IMG/VR virus record: IMGVR_UViG_3300045988_158256
From: a virus
Lineage: Duplodnaviria; Heunggongvirae; Uroviricota; Caudoviricetes
Reading direction: 5' to 3' (one strand)
DNA: 64,000 bases
Shown: positions 52,226-64,000 of the stretch, piece after piece
Position numbering within the stretch: position 1 is the stretch's first letter
Layout of the letters: every line of letters starts with the position of its first letter
The notes under the pieces: model-generated
Database searches by the model: none
The model's input: only the letters and a program-made list of their open reading frames with translations
Told to the model about the DNA's origin: nothing
Made by a program: the position numbers and the translations under genes

Positions 52226-52323
52226 CTATAATTAAGCCGCAGTTTTTGTCAACTACGAAGACGTTGCCATTACTTAACTCCTTGACATCATTGGCGGCCA
52301 TTAGGCCGCCTTTTTTTTGCCAT

Positions 52324-52884
52324 ATGAAAACAATCGAACAAAAACTTGAACAGCGCCGCGAGTGGCAGAAGGCAGCCAGAGAACGAGCGATCGCTCGGCA
52401 ACGGGAAAAGTTGGCTGACCCCGCTTGGCGAGAATCGCAATATCAGAAAATGCGGGATTCTATCGACCGCCGTATCGCTAAACAGAAAGAGCGCCCACCA
52501 GCCAGCAAAACGCGGAAAAGCGCGGTAAAAATAAAATCTCGTGGCTTGAAGGGGAGAACACTAATGGCGGAGGAACGGCGCATCGCCAATGCTCTTGGCG
52601 CTCTCCCCTGCATTGCCTGCTACATGCATGGAGTAATATCTGGAGAGGTATCTCTGCACCATATCTCCGGTCGTACCGCGCCGGGTTGTCACAAAAAGCA
52701 ATTGCCCCTTTGTAGATGGCACCACCAGCATGCAGCACCGGCTGAAGTAAGAGAAAAATACCCCTGGCTGGTCCCTGTTCATGCCGATGGTGTGGTTGGA
52801 GGCAAGAAAGAATTCACCTTGCTGAACAAGTCAGAGATGGAGTTGCTGGCTGACGCCTATGAGATGGCAAACATCATGCACTAA
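52324..52884 (+). CDS. ref: Ref recombination enhancement endonuclease (HNH)
   Basis: 186 aa starting MKTIEQKLEQRREWQK; HNH-like CHKKQLPLCRWHHQH. Confidence 0.8.
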   Translation: MKTIEQKLEQRREWQKAARERAIARQREKLADPAWRESQYQKMRDSIDRRIAKQKERPPASKTRKSAVKIKSRGLKGRTLMAEERRIANALGALPCIACYMHGVISGEVSLHHISGRTAPGCHKKQLPLCRWHHQHAAPAEVREKYPWLVPVHADGVVGGKKEFTLLNKSEMELLADAYEMANIMH

Positions 52885-53072
52885 TAAATATATTATTTTT
52901 AATCTGAAATAATTGACAACTGACAAGTGACTTCAGTCAGAATCATCACATGCCCGGTACGGATGGATCCCTTTTCAAATATTCCATGGACGGCACAGTC
53001 TGAGTACCGGGCGCTACCTTCAGTTGTATTGCTAAGCCGCCGCTGGTGGCTTTTCTTTTTTGTAGGGGCGCT

Positions 53073-53714
53073 ATGGATAAGAAAATATGCGTTGTTTCGA
53101 TGAGCGTCGGCAAACCGGCGTCAATGACTGCCGCATGGATCAACAATGAGCTAATAATGGCTGAGCGGACCAGCTACCCTGAACGCCGCCGCGATATGGA
53201 ACTCCAGCTGCTGCGCGAATTGCGAGAAAAAGAGGAAAAGGGTTTTATCGTGCTGGTGGAAGAGGAAAACAGCTTTATTACTGGTCGAGTTGGCCAGCGT
53301 GTAAGGTTGCGCGATCCCTTCATGAACGGCAGGCCGGTACTGATTGAAGCAATGCAGATTTACAAGGAGCTGGAACGCCAGAAAGCGATCAAGTTACCGC
53401 GCAAGGAATCCGGCAAATACATCCTCCACCAAAGCATCTTCGATTCCGAACACGATAAAAAAGGCGATGAATTTTTCAACATCAACTGGAGCGAAATAAC
53501 GACAGAGCACGTTCTGACGTTGTTATGCTGCTTCGCAACGGAATACAACAACGTTGCAAGCTCCGACTACATCAGGGCAATGGCTGGAGAAGTTGAGGCA
53601 CGCCAGGAACCATCGTTACTAAGCCCTCTGATTAACATAATTCGCGGAACCCAAACACTGGCGCAAAAACAAGTACCACAAGGGGAATTGACAGGTAAAG
53701 GTAATTATCTCTGA
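53073..53714 (+). CDS. hypothetical protein (mat position)
   Basis: 213 aa from ATG with AGGGG RBS; downstream of ref. Confidence 0.45.
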   Translation: MDKKICVVSMSVGKPASMTAAWINNELIMAERTSYPERRRDMELQLLRELREKEEKGFIVLVEEENSFITGRVGQRVRLRDPFMNGRPVLIEAMQIYKELERQKAIKLPRKESGKYILHQSIFDSEHDKKGDEFFNINWSEITTEHVLTLLCCFATEYNNVASSDYIRAMAGEVEARQEPSLLSPLINIIRGTQTLAQKQVPQGELTGKGNYL

Positions 53715-53753
53715 AAGATGCCCGGCGATAGACCGGGCAAAAGGGCGGAAAGT

Positions 53754-54002
53754 TTAATCAGCATTCAGGAGCAATGCGTTATCTATGATGATCTGCTCCC
53801 ATTCTTCGAATGCCCGATCGCGGACGCCCTGGGGAACACTGTTAGTTTTGAAATCGACGACCGTACGCCATTTCCCGTCCGGACGGTACATGCGCAGAGC
53901 TTTACTTCCCCCTTTCCTGCGCACCTCAACGTTATGCTTGTCAGCAAACTCTTGTAATGCTCGTAGCGTCCCATGCTTTACTGTGTAGTATCGCTTTTTC
54001 AA
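53754..54002 (-). CDS. small basic protein (lxc/bof position)
   Basis: 82 aa, the size recalled for P1 Lxc; adjacent to darB operon. Confidence 0.45.
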   Translation of the reverse strand: MKKRYYTVKHGTLRALQEFADKHNVEVRRKGGSKALRMYRPDGKWRTVVDFKTNSVPQGVRDRAFEEWEQIIIDNALLLNAD

Positions 54003-54439
54003 GTTTTCTCTCCAGCCTGTGCCAAGGCTTCAACTTCCAAATCGTAAGACTCAAACTCATAGTCCTGGTCGTCAACTTCTTCAGGCACTGGCAGTAAATG
54101 CCAGGCTGAGTATATCTGACCATTATCAAAACGCTCCTGGCTGTAGAGCGTCGCGGCTATGAGTGTTAGCGCCGGGCGGTCATAACGGTAAATTTTGCGA
54201 ACGTCACGGTCAACGAGACGACCGAAATTACCATAACCGCGCTCCAGTAATAATTTTTTAATTTCCGGCCAGTATGGACCATAGCTGCGGTACAGGCGGG
54301 GATTTTTCAGTAATCGCCCGCGTAGCCCTGACAGGAAGAAATCAACGTATTCGTCTTCTGTCTTTCCTAACAACGCTGTACGGAGTACCGCCTCAAGATA
54401 TGTTTTATTCGGTTTTATTGTATCAGATAGTGTGGCCAT
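53999..54439 (-). CDS. hypothetical protein (ulx position)
   Basis: 146-aa ORF between darB and the 82-aa gene. Confidence 0.4.
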   Translation of the reverse strand: MATLSDTIKPNKTYLEAVLRTALLGKTEDEYVDFFLSGLRGRLLKNPRLYRSYGPYWPEIKKLLLERGYGNFGRLVDRDVRKIYRYDRPALTLIAATLYSQERFDNGQIYSAWHLLPVPEEVDDQDYEFESYDLEVEALAQAGEKT

Positions 54440-54472
54440 ATTATGCGACGCCCGGCGAACCGGGCGCTCCTG

Positions 54473-57400
54473 TTATGCGTATTGTTGGATGACGGCCAGA
54501 ACGTCCGCCACGTTGTGTTTTGTCTCGATAATCCACCAGTTACCCGGGAAATCGCTGTTCTTCGCCTTCGCTGGCAGCCAGCGAGCGCCGAATTTCGCCT
54601 TGATTGCGTCTTTCGCACGGAAAAGAACGCCTTTCATGCCTGAGGCTTCCTGAAGCCCAAATACCTCGCCAGCGGCGAATTTTGGTGCGTACATCATCTT
54701 CAGGTCGGCGGTGGATACGCGATAATTCAGACCAAGAGACTGAGCTATGCTGGTGGCATCACCCTGTATTGATGATAACTCTTCTTGTTTCTCGTTTCTG
54801 GCGGCAATCTCTTCCTCCGTGATGTTGCCAAGGGCCAGGTTTATCCGATCAGCGTCGGCCTGTTTCTCTTCATCGGTGCGCCCGGCAAGAACCGTGTTAA
54901 TTCTCTGCAATATCTCCACATGATTCTTGCGCATGCTGAGCAATTCCGGCGTAACCTCGTTAAGATCCACCAGCCCAAGGATGGCAAGGTCGGAAAACAT
55001 TGATACCAGGTTGTAGGTCATGCGATAGCTGAGTTGACCATAGGCTGATGGCAACTTCACCGCATCCATTTGATAGGCATCCATAAATTTAGAGCCGTCG
55101 TTTACGACATCCGCTATTGCAGGTGTGATTTTCCCTGTGGTGGCGGCCTCCCTGATTGCTGTTACCCACGATTGAGTCAGCGCGGCGACTGCATGATTCA
55201 GATTGGCTTCCCGTTCTGCTGCGATGCGCGCGCTTGCTGCGTCCATTGCCTGCTTGATCTCGGCTTTATTGCTGTAAATGCCAATGGTGCCAAACTGTGC
55301 TGTGGTGATCTCATAATCTGACGCCCGGAACTCATTGGTACCGAAAATGGCATTGGTGACTTCAAGTTCAGAATCCCCGTTACGAGTAGCCCCCTGGCTT
55401 GTTTTTTCCGGCATTCTGGCGATCGCATCCGCTATTTTCTCCTGAATTGCTTCAGGGGATAGCGCATCTCCGTATGACGCGATTACATCGCCATAATTGG
55501 AGCCAAACAATTCAACCAGGAATGTTTCTGCCGAACGGATCTGGCGGTTATTCCCTTCCGACATCATACCAAGCACCCATTTTGCAATTGACGACTTCAG
55601 CGCGCCGTCACGGCGATCCGGGTAAACCGCATGCTTCAGTGGGTCCGTATAGGTACCAACAAAATCAATGCTATAGCCTGACTCTGTAGTCTGAACGCCG
55701 TACGAGTCAGTTATTTTGATCATGCCGCGCTGCTGGAAACGGTAGAAATCGTCACAGGAAATGATGTCGTTAATCCCGGCGATGGAGACGCCACCACTGA
55801 TTTTCTGCATAACAGCATCTTCATCGGGAGTTACATCCACCTGTTTATCCAGCGTCTTCACATCCCAGTTACCCGATTTGGTGCCTTTGAAGGTAAAGAT
55901 GATCTCCACGTCTGCGCGCTGGCTGTCGAAGTCCAGCGACTTAATGCGAACGATATCACCGGCACAATCGTAGTATTGGCCTACACGCCATGAGCGATCG
56001 CCGATAACAAGGAACTCACTCGCATGGTTAACCAGGTCAGGATCAACATCCAGAATGCCTTTATTTATTGCATCCTCCACCAGCGGGCGCAGGCGTTTGA
56101 TATCCGTCGCGGCCTTCTGAGTACGGTTCAATAATTTCTCATAGCGGGAGATGGCTTGAGAGATATTAGCCTTGCGCTGAATGGCGTTTTTCAACGACGC
56201 GCGATACTGTGCTAACAACATACGGTCTGTGTGATGGACGCTCCCCCAGCGGGCCTTCCAGTCTGCGTTATCAGCTGCTTTGGCCATTACCGCCTGTTTG
56301 AATTTAGCTACCTCGGCGGTGGTCTTTTCAAGTTCCGCTTTGCTTCGCTCTAATTCAGCGGTAAGTACCTCCACATCCTCGCCAGCTGCGTGCTGCGCCT
56401 TGATGTAGTTCTGAAGGTCGATAGTAGCCTGTTCTTTCTGGCGAGCGCGTTGCGCGGCTTTCGCCTTATCCATTTGAACCTGCATCATTGCCAGACGTTC
56501 GCCATCATCCTTAGCGGTATACATCTGCATTTCGATCATATCGTTGGCGTCGGCGTTCTCCATTTCAGACTTATCTGAGCGGAGGATATCGGAGATCCAG
56601 CCTGCTTTACGCTTCAGCGTCTTCAGTCGGTATTCATCGAAAGAACCCTTGCCGCAGTAGTAGTGAACGCGAACGCTTGCACGGTTGGAACCAACTCGGG
56701 CACCGCGACCGTTACGCTGTGCGATACTGGCTGGTGTCCATGGCAACGTCAGATGATGGATGTCAGTCGTTCCTCGATGCAGGTTGATACCCACCTCTGC
56801 CTTTTTGTTGCAGATGATGATCGGAGTCCGGCCCTCCTGGAAGTCGGCAGCAATCTTTTCCAGCCCGCCCAGCGACATTTCATTTTGCTGCGCGATATAG
56901 GCGTCATACAGAGCCATTTGCTCGTTGTATTTCGCTATCTGTGCATCTGTTGGTTCATCCGGTAGCTCTTTCGGCGGTTTAACCGCTTTCAGTTTCTTAC
57001 CGGTTTTACCTGCCTCGGCAACCGTCTGAGCATTCAGGATCCCCACCTTTGAAGGTTCAAGGTTAAGAGCATTGCAGATAATGCGCTTGAGCTTCTGGTG
57101 TTGCGTTTTTTCATCGGTGAAGATGATTTGCTTACCTTCCGGGAAAAACTCCTTCAGCGTGGCAATCAGCTTCGCGTATTTGGGCGTAACGGGGTGAGTT
57201 ACGGTCTGTTCGTCAATGCCAAACTTGGCCAGGCGCTTATTCACTTCCTGCTCAAATGCTTCCGGTACCTGCAACTGAATAAACTCGCCCTTATCTATCA
57301 GGGAGTATTGCGATTGCTGCGTGATCGAATCATCACTGTCGTCGTCTTCGCTGGTGGCTTGTTTAGGCAAACTGTCCGCCAGCTGCTGCACCGCATCGGC

Positions 57401-60400
57401 GTACTCCGGCAGGAAACGATAGGTGATCCTGCGATAGTACAGGTCCATGTCAGTACATACGCGGTCCATATCCCTGATTATTGAGAAGATCGGACGGGCT
57501 TTCTCGTGCTCAATCACGCCGTCTTCATTGACCGAGGTCGTTACGCCATTGTTGGCTTTGGCCGCCGCTTCCGCCTGCTGACGCAATTCTTCATACGCCG
57601 CCAGTTGTTCTTCAGTAAGTGGTGCATCCTGCTGGTGTTCGTCCAGCTCCGGGATCTCCACGGTATCCTTAACGTCTTCCGCCGTTTTAAGCGTTACCCA
57701 GCGATGGAATATACCGCGCAGCGCATCAAGGTTTTCAAAGCCCACCAGCGCCATTTTTTCTTCAACTTCACCGCTAATTTTCTGTACCGTTTCCAGCCTG
57801 GTCTTGCCGAAGAATTTAACGAAGTCATCAGGACCGTAGATCCCCATGTTCTGCCAGTATTCCTTCGGCAGAACATGAGAAAGCATGTTGTATGCATCGA
57901 TCGGGGTGTTAACGACTGGCGTTGCAGTCAGGAGAACCGGCCCGCGCCCGCCATTCTTTTTCATCAGGTACGCGTTTTTAATTGCCATATCTCGCGCCGA
58001 TTGCGCCACCGCGCTGGTGGGCAGATAGGCCAGTTGTGACGCTTCGCGACCATTTTTATAGCTATTGCGGTAGTTGTGACCTTCGTCAGCGATCACACTA
58101 TCGAAGCCCATATCCTCAAAGTACGGATACTTCTCTGCTTTTTCGGTGCCGGTATCTGAATACTCCGACAATACCCGGCGACGCGCAGCCTCTTTGCGGT
58201 GGGAGTCGGAGTCCATTGCGCTGGCTACGCGCCCGGCGGCAACGAAGTCATAAAGCATATCCTGTGCATGCTCATCTACGGTGTCATCACGTAGCGGAAT
58301 GCGGGCGTATTGTTCTTTGGTAAACACGACTGCACGGTAATTTGAGTGCGGGATCGCGTTCATCCGCGCCGTGATAGTGGCTTCATCTGCCAGCTTAAGA
58401 GCATCGCGCATAACTGGAGTGCCATCAGTACCAAGAACAGGTTTACCGTTCTCATCGAGCACCGGCACCTGGCGAATCTGATCGCCATCCATCAGCACAT
58501 CAAGACCGACGAACAGGTAGTTACTGAATGCCTCTTCACTCAGGAATTCTTTTGCTTCGTAATACCAGTTTTCCAGCACTGATTTAGGCACTACATACGC
58601 AGTACGGGTGGAGCGACCGTTCTCATAGTTGAACGCCTCAAGCGCCAGCGCGGTCGTGGTTTTACCCAGCCCAGTGCCGAAGCCCAGGATACCGCGCCCA
58701 TCTTCGGACAGTCGGCGCACCTCGCTATTCTGGTAATCAAATGGCTGGCGCTTACCGCTTAATCCCTTCAACCCAAGCGGATCGCCAGAGTGTTCATACG
58801 GGATATTGCTATTGAACACATCGTTGTATTTGGCAACCAGCTCATCGTAGCGATCGTGCGTCTTGATCCACGTATTGAACTGGTCCTCAAGCAGTGCCAT
58901 CTGCTCGCGGTAGCCGTTCGCCGTCGCGCTATCTTTGCCACCGATACGCGCACCATTGAGATACTTTTCCAGCTGTGCCGGGAACCCGGTCGCGTTTTCA
59001 CCTGATTTACGGTCCCACTCGTAGCGGATCTCGCCTGTTTCTTTATCCTTGCGCTGGACGACACCGTATCGGTGCCCGACGAACAGACCATCACCACCGT
59101 GATAGGTGTCAGAAACCATTTCGTCGCCTTCCAGCTGCACTGACTGCACATAGCGAAGATCCGGATAGCCGTTTTCCTGCAAAAATTCCAGAATGACGGA
59201 ACGGTCGAACCAACGGCTATTGAGCTTAAAGCGGATATTCTCTGCTGGCGTCTTGATGCGCTTCTCTTCGATCGCTGCCAGCTGATTAAGGACGTTGTTC
59301 TTTACTGGACCGTCGGGGAGTGTGGCAAGGAATTCCTGTTTTGGTACCACTATCTCGTTAATGTCGCCGCTGGTGGCGCGGGCGAACGGAACAATCCCGC
59401 CATACGGTGAAACCGCAATGCCAGGGGTGCTGGCCAATAAATTAAGCAACTCGTCATCACTGGCTGGCAGTTCGCCGGTAAACGCAAGGCGGAAATCATC
59501 GAGCTGGATTGGATCGCGAGTGAGATCACTGTAGAGATAACGCAGGGTGTCCTGATAGCTGGTGGAGTCATAACTGGCGCTGGAATCATGCGTAACCAGT
59601 TTTCCTGTCAGCTCGTCAGAAATAGTGCCATCCAGCTTAATTGCACCACGGAAAGCAAACCAGGCGCGCGCACCGCTCCCCGATAATTTCGCTATCGGAC
59701 CGCGACCGGGGTTACCAAAACGGTCAATCTCTGCCTGCAAACGGGATACCAGAGAAAGGCGCTGCTGTTCGATTTGTTCAGCACTATGCCCGGCGGCCTT
59801 CATGTCCTGATATTCAATTAACATCCGGCCAATCATCGCCCCGCGATACAAGCGTTCACGGTATTTTTCAGGCTGGCTGTTAATCCAGTCCACCAGCTGC
59901 ACCATATCGTCGCTGATTGATGTGGTGTACTTATCGCGGACATTTGCCATCTGGGTAAATGTCATACCGAGACGGCCTTCTGTTGTAGTCAGGTTACGCT
60001 GAAGAGCCTCCCAGCTGTCCGCGCCATAACTGGCAACATCAATCTTCAGCTCCTTCCCTGCATCAGCTTCAATCCAGCGACCACCAGCATATTTTTGCCA
60101 TACGCCATTAATCAGGCGCATTTCCCCTTCATCAACAACGTCTGCGGTCGGTGACGGTTCAGCCATATTGAGCAAAGACCAGTCGATACGACTTTCGAAA
60201 CGATGAATCAGCTTCGCTTTAAGAGCCTGGTTATCAATCTGCCCGTCGGCACGAACCTCAATACGCCCCTGGAATCCCTTCTCCTGAGTGCCATGAACAA
60301 ACCGGCGGCCGTCCTTTTCAAACCACTTGCCAGAAATAAACGTTGGCCAAAGCACATTTGCCGATTCAAGAGTGCTTTCATCCACCAGGGGGATTTTCTC

Positions 60401-61240
60401 AGCCATCTCTGCCGGATGTTTGCGCATCAGCACCACATCAACGACTGTACTGGTCCCGTTTGCGTCAAAAGTACCGGTAGGCAAGCGGTGAGCACCAAGA
60501 AATTCAGCTTTCCGTGATAGGCGCAGGCGTAACCGCTTCATGTTTGAACCTGAAACAATGGACGGCGGCACAATCACGCACATGAATCCGCCTGGCTTTA
60601 TCTTGTCCAGCATGCGGAGCATGAAGTAAGAACCCATGTCCGTTTCTTCTGCGTAAGGCTTATCGATGTTGCGTGTGTTATCACGACCACCGAACGGAAC
60701 GTTACCCACAACATGGTCGAATGAATCGTTAGGCGTGCTTACAGCCAGCTGTTCGAACGGGGAAATCTGTACGCTGTCTTCCGGGTGTAACAGCTGGTTT
60801 ATACGACCGGAAACACTGCTGATCTCAGTCGCAGTCATCACCGTACCAACCGGTTTTGTCTCATTAAAAACGCCGGTGCCCGCCGATGGTTCCAGAGTGT
60901 TACCTACGTCCGCGCCGTAGAGCTTCATGATCTCCCAGACACCTTCAGCGATCGGCTTTGGTGTGTAATATTCGGAGACGGACCCGCCAATGCCGCCTTC
61001 ACCGGTGTACCCAGCCAGGATCTGGCGCTGTTCATCTGTCAGTGTCGCGCCGTCCACCAGCGAATTAAGCAAATCTATCGCCTTCTGATTCGCCTCCCGG
61101 CGCAGTCGGTCATAGCTTTTGCCTTCCACCTTTTCCACGCCGTATTTAATCGGCGCTCGGTGAGATGTTATTGCCCTAATGTATTTCAATATTTCGCTGA
61201 CACTTGAACAGCGAAACACCCCCATAGATAGCTTGTTCAT
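54473..61240 (-). CDS. darB: DarB-like anti-restriction protein (N6-adenine methyltransferase fused to DExH helicase)
   Basis: 2255 aa; N-terminal MTase motif VGNVPFGG; helicase Walker A GFGTGLGKTTTAL and DEGHNYRN. Confidence 0.85.
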   Translation of the reverse strand: MNKLSMGVFRCSSVSEILKYIRAITSHRAPIKYGVEKVEGKSYDRLRREANQKAIDLLNSLVDGATLTDEQRQILAGYTGEGGIGGSVSEYYTPKPIAEGVWEIMKLYGADVGNTLEPSAGTGVFNETKPVGTVMTATEISSVSGRINQLLHPEDSVQISPFEQLAVSTPNDSFDHVVGNVPFGGRDNTRNIDKPYAEETDMGSYFMLRMLDKIKPGGFMCVIVPPSIVSGSNMKRLRLRLSRKAEFLGAHRLPTGTFDANGTSTVVDVVLMRKHPAEMAEKIPLVDESTLESANVLWPTFISGKWFEKDGRRFVHGTQEKGFQGRIEVRADGQIDNQALKAKLIHRFESRIDWSLLNMAEPSPTADVVDEGEMRLINGVWQKYAGGRWIEADAGKELKIDVASYGADSWEALQRNLTTTEGRLGMTFTQMANVRDKYTTSISDDMVQLVDWINSQPEKYRERLYRGAMIGRMLIEYQDMKAAGHSAEQIEQQRLSLVSRLQAEIDRFGNPGRGPIAKLSGSGARAWFAFRGAIKLDGTISDELTGKLVTHDSSASYDSTSYQDTLRYLYSDLTRDPIQLDDFRLAFTGELPASDDELLNLLASTPGIAVSPYGGIVPFARATSGDINEIVVPKQEFLATLPDGPVKNNVLNQLAAIEEKRIKTPAENIRFKLNSRWFDRSVILEFLQENGYPDLRYVQSVQLEGDEMVSDTYHGGDGLFVGHRYGVVQRKDKETGEIRYEWDRKSGENATGFPAQLEKYLNGARIGGKDSATANGYREQMALLEDQFNTWIKTHDRYDELVAKYNDVFNSNIPYEHSGDPLGLKGLSGKRQPFDYQNSEVRRLSEDGRGILGFGTGLGKTTTALALEAFNYENGRSTRTAYVVPKSVLENWYYEAKEFLSEEAFSNYLFVGLDVLMDGDQIRQVPVLDENGKPVLGTDGTPVMRDALKLADEATITARMNAIPHSNYRAVVFTKEQYARIPLRDDTVDEHAQDMLYDFVAAGRVASAMDSDSHRKEAARRRVLSEYSDTGTEKAEKYPYFEDMGFDSVIADEGHNYRNSYKNGREASQLAYLPTSAVAQSARDMAIKNAYLMKKNGGRGPVLLTATPVVNTPIDAYNMLSHVLPKEYWQNMGIYGPDDFVKFFGKTRLETVQKISGEVEEKMALVGFENLDALRGIFHRWVTLKTAEDVKDTVEIPELDEHQQDAPLTEEQLAAYEELRQQAEAAAKANNGVTTSVNEDGVIEHEKARPIFSIIRDMDRVCTDMDLYYRRITYRFLPEYADAVQQLADSLPKQATSEDDDSDDSITQQSQYSLIDKGEFIQLQVPEAFEQEVNKRLAKFGIDEQTVTHPVTPKYAKLIATLKEFFPEGKQIIFTDEKTQHQKLKRIICNALNLEPSKVGILNAQTVAEAGKTGKKLKAVKPPKELPDEPTDAQIAKYNEQMALYDAYIAQQNEMSLGGLEKIAADFQEGRTPIIICNKKAEVGINLHRGTTDIHHLTLPWTPASIAQRNGRGARVGSNRASVRVHYYCGKGSFDEYRLKTLKRKAGWISDILRSDKSEMENADANDMIEMQMYTAKDDGERLAMMQVQMDKAKAAQRARQKEQATIDLQNYIKAQHAAGEDVEVLTAELERSKAELEKTTAEVAKFKQAVMAKAADNADWKARWGSVHHTDRMLLAQYRASLKNAIQRKANISQAISRYEKLLNRTQKAATDIKRLRPLVEDAINKGILDVDPDLVNHASEFLVIGDRSWRVGQYYDCAGDIVRIKSLDFDSQRADVEIIFTFKGTKSGNWDVKTLDKQVDVTPDEDAVMQKISGGVSIAGINDIISCDDFYRFQQRGMIKITDSYGVQTTESGYSIDFVGTYTDPLKHAVYPDRRDGALKSSIAKWVLGMMSEGNNRQIRSAETFLVELFGSNYGDVIASYGDALSPEAIQEKIADAIARMPEKTSQGATRNGDSELEVTNAIFGTNEFRASDYEITTAQFGTIGIYSNKAEIKQAMDAASARIAAEREANLNHAVAALTQSWVTAIREAATTGKITPAIADVVNDGSKFMDAYQMDAVKLPSAYGQLSYRMTYNLVSMFSDLAILGLVDLNEVTPELLSMRKNHVEILQRINTVLAGRTDEEKQADADRINLALGNITEEEIAARNEKQEELSSIQGDATSIAQSLGLNYRVSTADLKMMYAPKFAAGEVFGLQEASGMKGVLFRAKDAIKAKFGARWLPAKAKNSDFPGNWWIIETKHNVADVLAVIQQYA

Positions 61241-61306
61241 TGGTAATCCTTAACAAGTGACTAGTGTTAAATTCCGTTCAAACACGATGTGAATTATTCT
61301 AATTAA

Positions 61307-64000
<2,694 letters not shown>

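Noticed and set aside
54473-61240. Giant 2255-aa methyltransferase-helicase fusion considered as a novel defence protein
   Set aside because: Length, domain order and neighbourhood match the known P1 DarB anti-restriction protein; the many plus-strand ORFs predicted inside it are antisense artefacts.

Overview
This window reads as a long contiguous slice of a P1-family temperate phage-plasmid. All identifications are from reading the sequence and ORF translations against remembered protein families and P1 organisation; no database search was run. Left to right: a 17-nt Illumina adapter remnant at the contig edge and an AT-rich two-gene cassette; a minus-strand virion block (tube-like, acidic protein, sheath-like, head-like); parS-parB-parA; an 809-bp T5orf172/GIY-YIG-like gene between the rep control iterons and the par promoter; repA with iteron origin, GATC cluster and DnaA box; a small P1-like gene block with lipoprotein; hrdC (RdgC-like) and the bifunctional Dcm/Dam methyltransferase dmt; a structured RNA region with tRNA-Asn, tRNA-Thr and a CAT-anticodon tRNA; plp; ban (DnaB-like) with a coupled GT-B glycosyltransferase; a minus-strand baseplate/tail block; a long plus-strand accessory operon (TraR-like, VRR-NUC, two CstII/MptE-like paralogs, lambda-type phosphatase ppp, GT-A-like, HAD phosphatase, ASCH, Ea22-like, DUF551-like, an AT-rich three-gene membrane cassette); hot, LexA box, humD, phd-doc; lpa; pacA with the hexamer pac site, pacB; an immI-type module (c4-like RNA, icd, ant1/ant2) convergent with c1-coi; loxP-cre-cra-ref-mat; lxc-ulx-darB; and prt-pro running off the window end. 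At least 11 C1-operator-like 17-mers are scattered through the window. The loci most worth a second look are the T5orf172 insertion inside the rep-par module, the AT-rich cassette at the contig start, the sugar-transferase/phosphatase cluster, the AT-rich membrane trio at 38.2-39.0 kb, the immI module sitting next to immC, and the hairpin-flanked repeat modules around the tRNA genes. No CRISPR array, transposase or reverse transcriptase was seen.
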